From Anthoceros angustus (lineage: Eukaryota; Plantae; Anthocerotophyta), in NCBI GenBank assembly GCA_010909165.1, contig MU008153.1, positions 744,001-808,000 of the forward strand: DNA of 64,000 nt, read 5' to 3'. A program made the position numbers and the translations under genes. Of the stretch, positions 61,575 to 64,000 are shown in pieces (position 1 is the stretch's first letter; the number at the start of each line of letters is the position of its first letter). The notes beneath the pieces were generated by a model. It had not been told where the DNA came from. It saw only the letters and a program-made list of their open reading frames with translations, and ran no database searches.

Positions 61575-64000
61575 GAGTACGTACGCATCCGAATGGGTCC
61601 AGGCTTTGGACGCGACGTACTACAGTAGGTGTGACGCGCGTTGGCGGCAATTGCGCAGAAGCTTGGGGGACGCGTGGCTTCGTTTCCACAGGAAGCGGAA
61701 TCGGGAAAGCACGGATTTAACGTTTCTCGACACATGCGGCCCAGTGTCCGGAGCTGACCGGCTGGGGACCACCGGCCCAACAGGTCACCCGACGAAGCCC
61801 ACCTGAAGTAAGGCCCACCCCGATATTTGCTTTCCCCTCGCTGGCCCACGCTGAGCGCAGATGGACAGACCACGTCTTTGCTTCCCCCTGCTGCCACGTG
61901 TCCTCACCCACCCACCTGCCTGCCTCCACCTAATGCATATGCGCTTCGATCAAGATTTTTCCGATCTCGCTCACTCACTCCCCTCCACGTTCCACGTCAT
62001 TATTGATGAATTTACTATACAAAAACTCTACTACGAACGACTAGTTGATAGTCGTACACGAGACTTGAGTGTTACCTTATGCAAGAATGACCTAATACGA
62101 TGACATAATCCTAAGCATCTTTGCCTTATCTTCCTCTCCGAACCCTCATATTGTTGGTTAGGAGTAAAACATTCACGAGTGGGTGTTTGTGATTTCTTCA
62201 CTTTTTTTTTCATGGTCAATTGCTACCTCGTCAAAGTGGGCACTCTTAACCTTCCCAACATTCTCACTAGCGAAATTTTGTAAAAAAAATAATTAAAAAA
62301 ATTAAATATAAAACACGAGATCTACATTGTGTGATGAATCCTTGTACTTATCTACCTATCTATCTAGTTCAGAATTCAAGGTTTAGATGGGCGATCGCCG
62401 GACGTAGTGCCCTCTACAGGGTTGTTCCCCCTTTTGGTTGTGGGCAGATGGGATTTGCCATTTCCTTTTTTACATAAAGTCTCCACGTTCTCGTTAAAAA
62501 TTCTATAAAATTGAGAAATCAAACCTCCTTCTTGGTCTAGATTCTTTGCTTCTTTAGGTACACCTAACAGACCATACATTAGAGTCATGGCTAAAGGGCT
62601 ACAAGGCCAGCCTATTTTTCGACATTTTTATTATTATTTATTATAGTTGCGTGTAACTTCGATTTGGTCGAGCTTAAAACGGACGGGTGGGTTGGTAGCC
62701 GCCTCGGGGTCGGACACGGAACCGTGTCCGAACCGCAAGCAAGCGCGCTCGTGTTTCACCCACCCCCCACGGGAGCCCGGTCCGGCCACGTGGGGCGGGC
62801 GCCGACCGGCGAGCGGCGACCGGAGACCGGCGACCGGGGACGGGCGACCGGCGCCGCCGTACAAGGCACCTGAGCGACTCCGGGGGACCCAGCAGCGGGG
62901 GCTGCCTCCGCCAACCGGTCTCCGGCGAAACCGGCAAAGCCGGCGTAATGGGCTCATATGTCTGGACCACGGGCCGGTTTTCTATTGCCTCACCAACCTC
63001 CGCCATTCACCTGGCAAGTTCAAATGTTCAACTTTATATTTCTTAGTACCCACATACCCGCACCAACACGACCTTCGTGGCCATACTTCGCGGTGCTGCT
63101 CTATGGTGCTCCCCGTCATCCCTCCTCCCTCACAATTCTAGACGTTACTCCAGGCTGTTTAATGATTAAAAAAATCAAATTCTATATAATAAAATATAAA
63201 TAATAATAAAATAACATCGTTCTCTTAGTCTTGGTAGTGAAACAAAGATGCCCTTCAAGACGGCAACTATTGAGACCGGGAAGCCCATGTGCTTGTGAAA
63301 GCCGGCAAGGAAGGTGCGATCTACCAAACACAAGCCAATTACAGCCACAAAGAGGCTGGACCCAACTTAACCTCAAACCGAATCTTGTGAAGCTGGAAGG
63401 AGCCAAGGAGCCTGTTGCCCACATTTGGAGGACCCACAAAATGGAACTCATGGTCGGCCCAAATCAGGTCTGTGGTAGATCGGTACGAGGAATCGGTCGA
63501 CCATGTCAGGTACATGAAAGGCTTGGGCCATCCATTACTTTGTACCGGGCCATGGGCGAAACTCCGGCGGCGAAACGTGGTCCCATCAAATCCTCCTCGG
63601 GATCGCCTTGTCAGACGTGGTTTACTTTCTTTCCCGCTTTTCCGCTTCTTTTCTTCGGATGTCTCCTCCCGTCTGTAAGTTTCTAATGATTGAAAGAAAC
63701 TCCGTTTCCTGAACCCAACGCCGAAGTAGCCGGCGCATCCACTCCGGCTAAAATTGACGCCATCAATAACGCGGCTGCCTTTTCTCGGAAAAAGCCAGCA
63801 TCGCCGGCTCTAAAACAGGGAGGTGTGGTACACGGGGTAGCAACGAGCCCGGATGCCTTTAGTAGTCTTCATGCCTTCTGCCCGTTTTGAGTTTCCTTGG
63901 GATCTACCTCATCGCAATCATTGGGAAAATAAGCAACCCCGTTACTGCTCCGTTTGGTGATTGGACTTGTTTATTGCATGGCAGCTTTCTTGTCTAACAT

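Noticed and set aside
62600-64000. GC-rich ORFs and CGACCGG motif cluster at the window end
   Set aside because: Overlapping ORFs in several frames reflect GC content. It may be a TE end or a promoter, but there are no diagnostic termini within the window.

Overview
This is eukaryotic nuclear DNA from a seed-free land plant. The short (~80-150 bp) introns, high gene density and long intronless PLS-class PPR genes, including a WW-type PG-box, point most plausibly to a hornwort (inference). Genes in order: AWPM-19-like membrane protein (+, 5'-partial); plastid-type LOG/lysine-decarboxylase-like protein (+); PLS-E+ PPR (-); a repeat-rich interval with an intact hAT MITE (8-bp TSD) and an alkenal-reductase pseudogene; a long PLS PPR ending in a decayed WW-type DYW region (-); SAMDC (+) with the overlapping tiny/small polyamine-sensing uORF cassette that the ORF track misses; a ~21-kb multi-exon VPS13 (-); a DCAF8-like pseudogene (+); an HD-Zip I transcription factor (-); and a repeat-rich tail. 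The most striking structure is ~12.2-19.9 kb, a same-orientation mosaic of near-identical pieces of the PPR gene, its upstream region and SAMDC. At all nine junctions I could resolve, the pieces are joined at perfect 9-12 bp microhomologies. The hard floor at 9 bp and the homopolymer-type differences between copies favour an assembly/consensus artefact over in vivo template switching, but only raw reads can decide. I found no well-supported novel biological system beyond that candidate.
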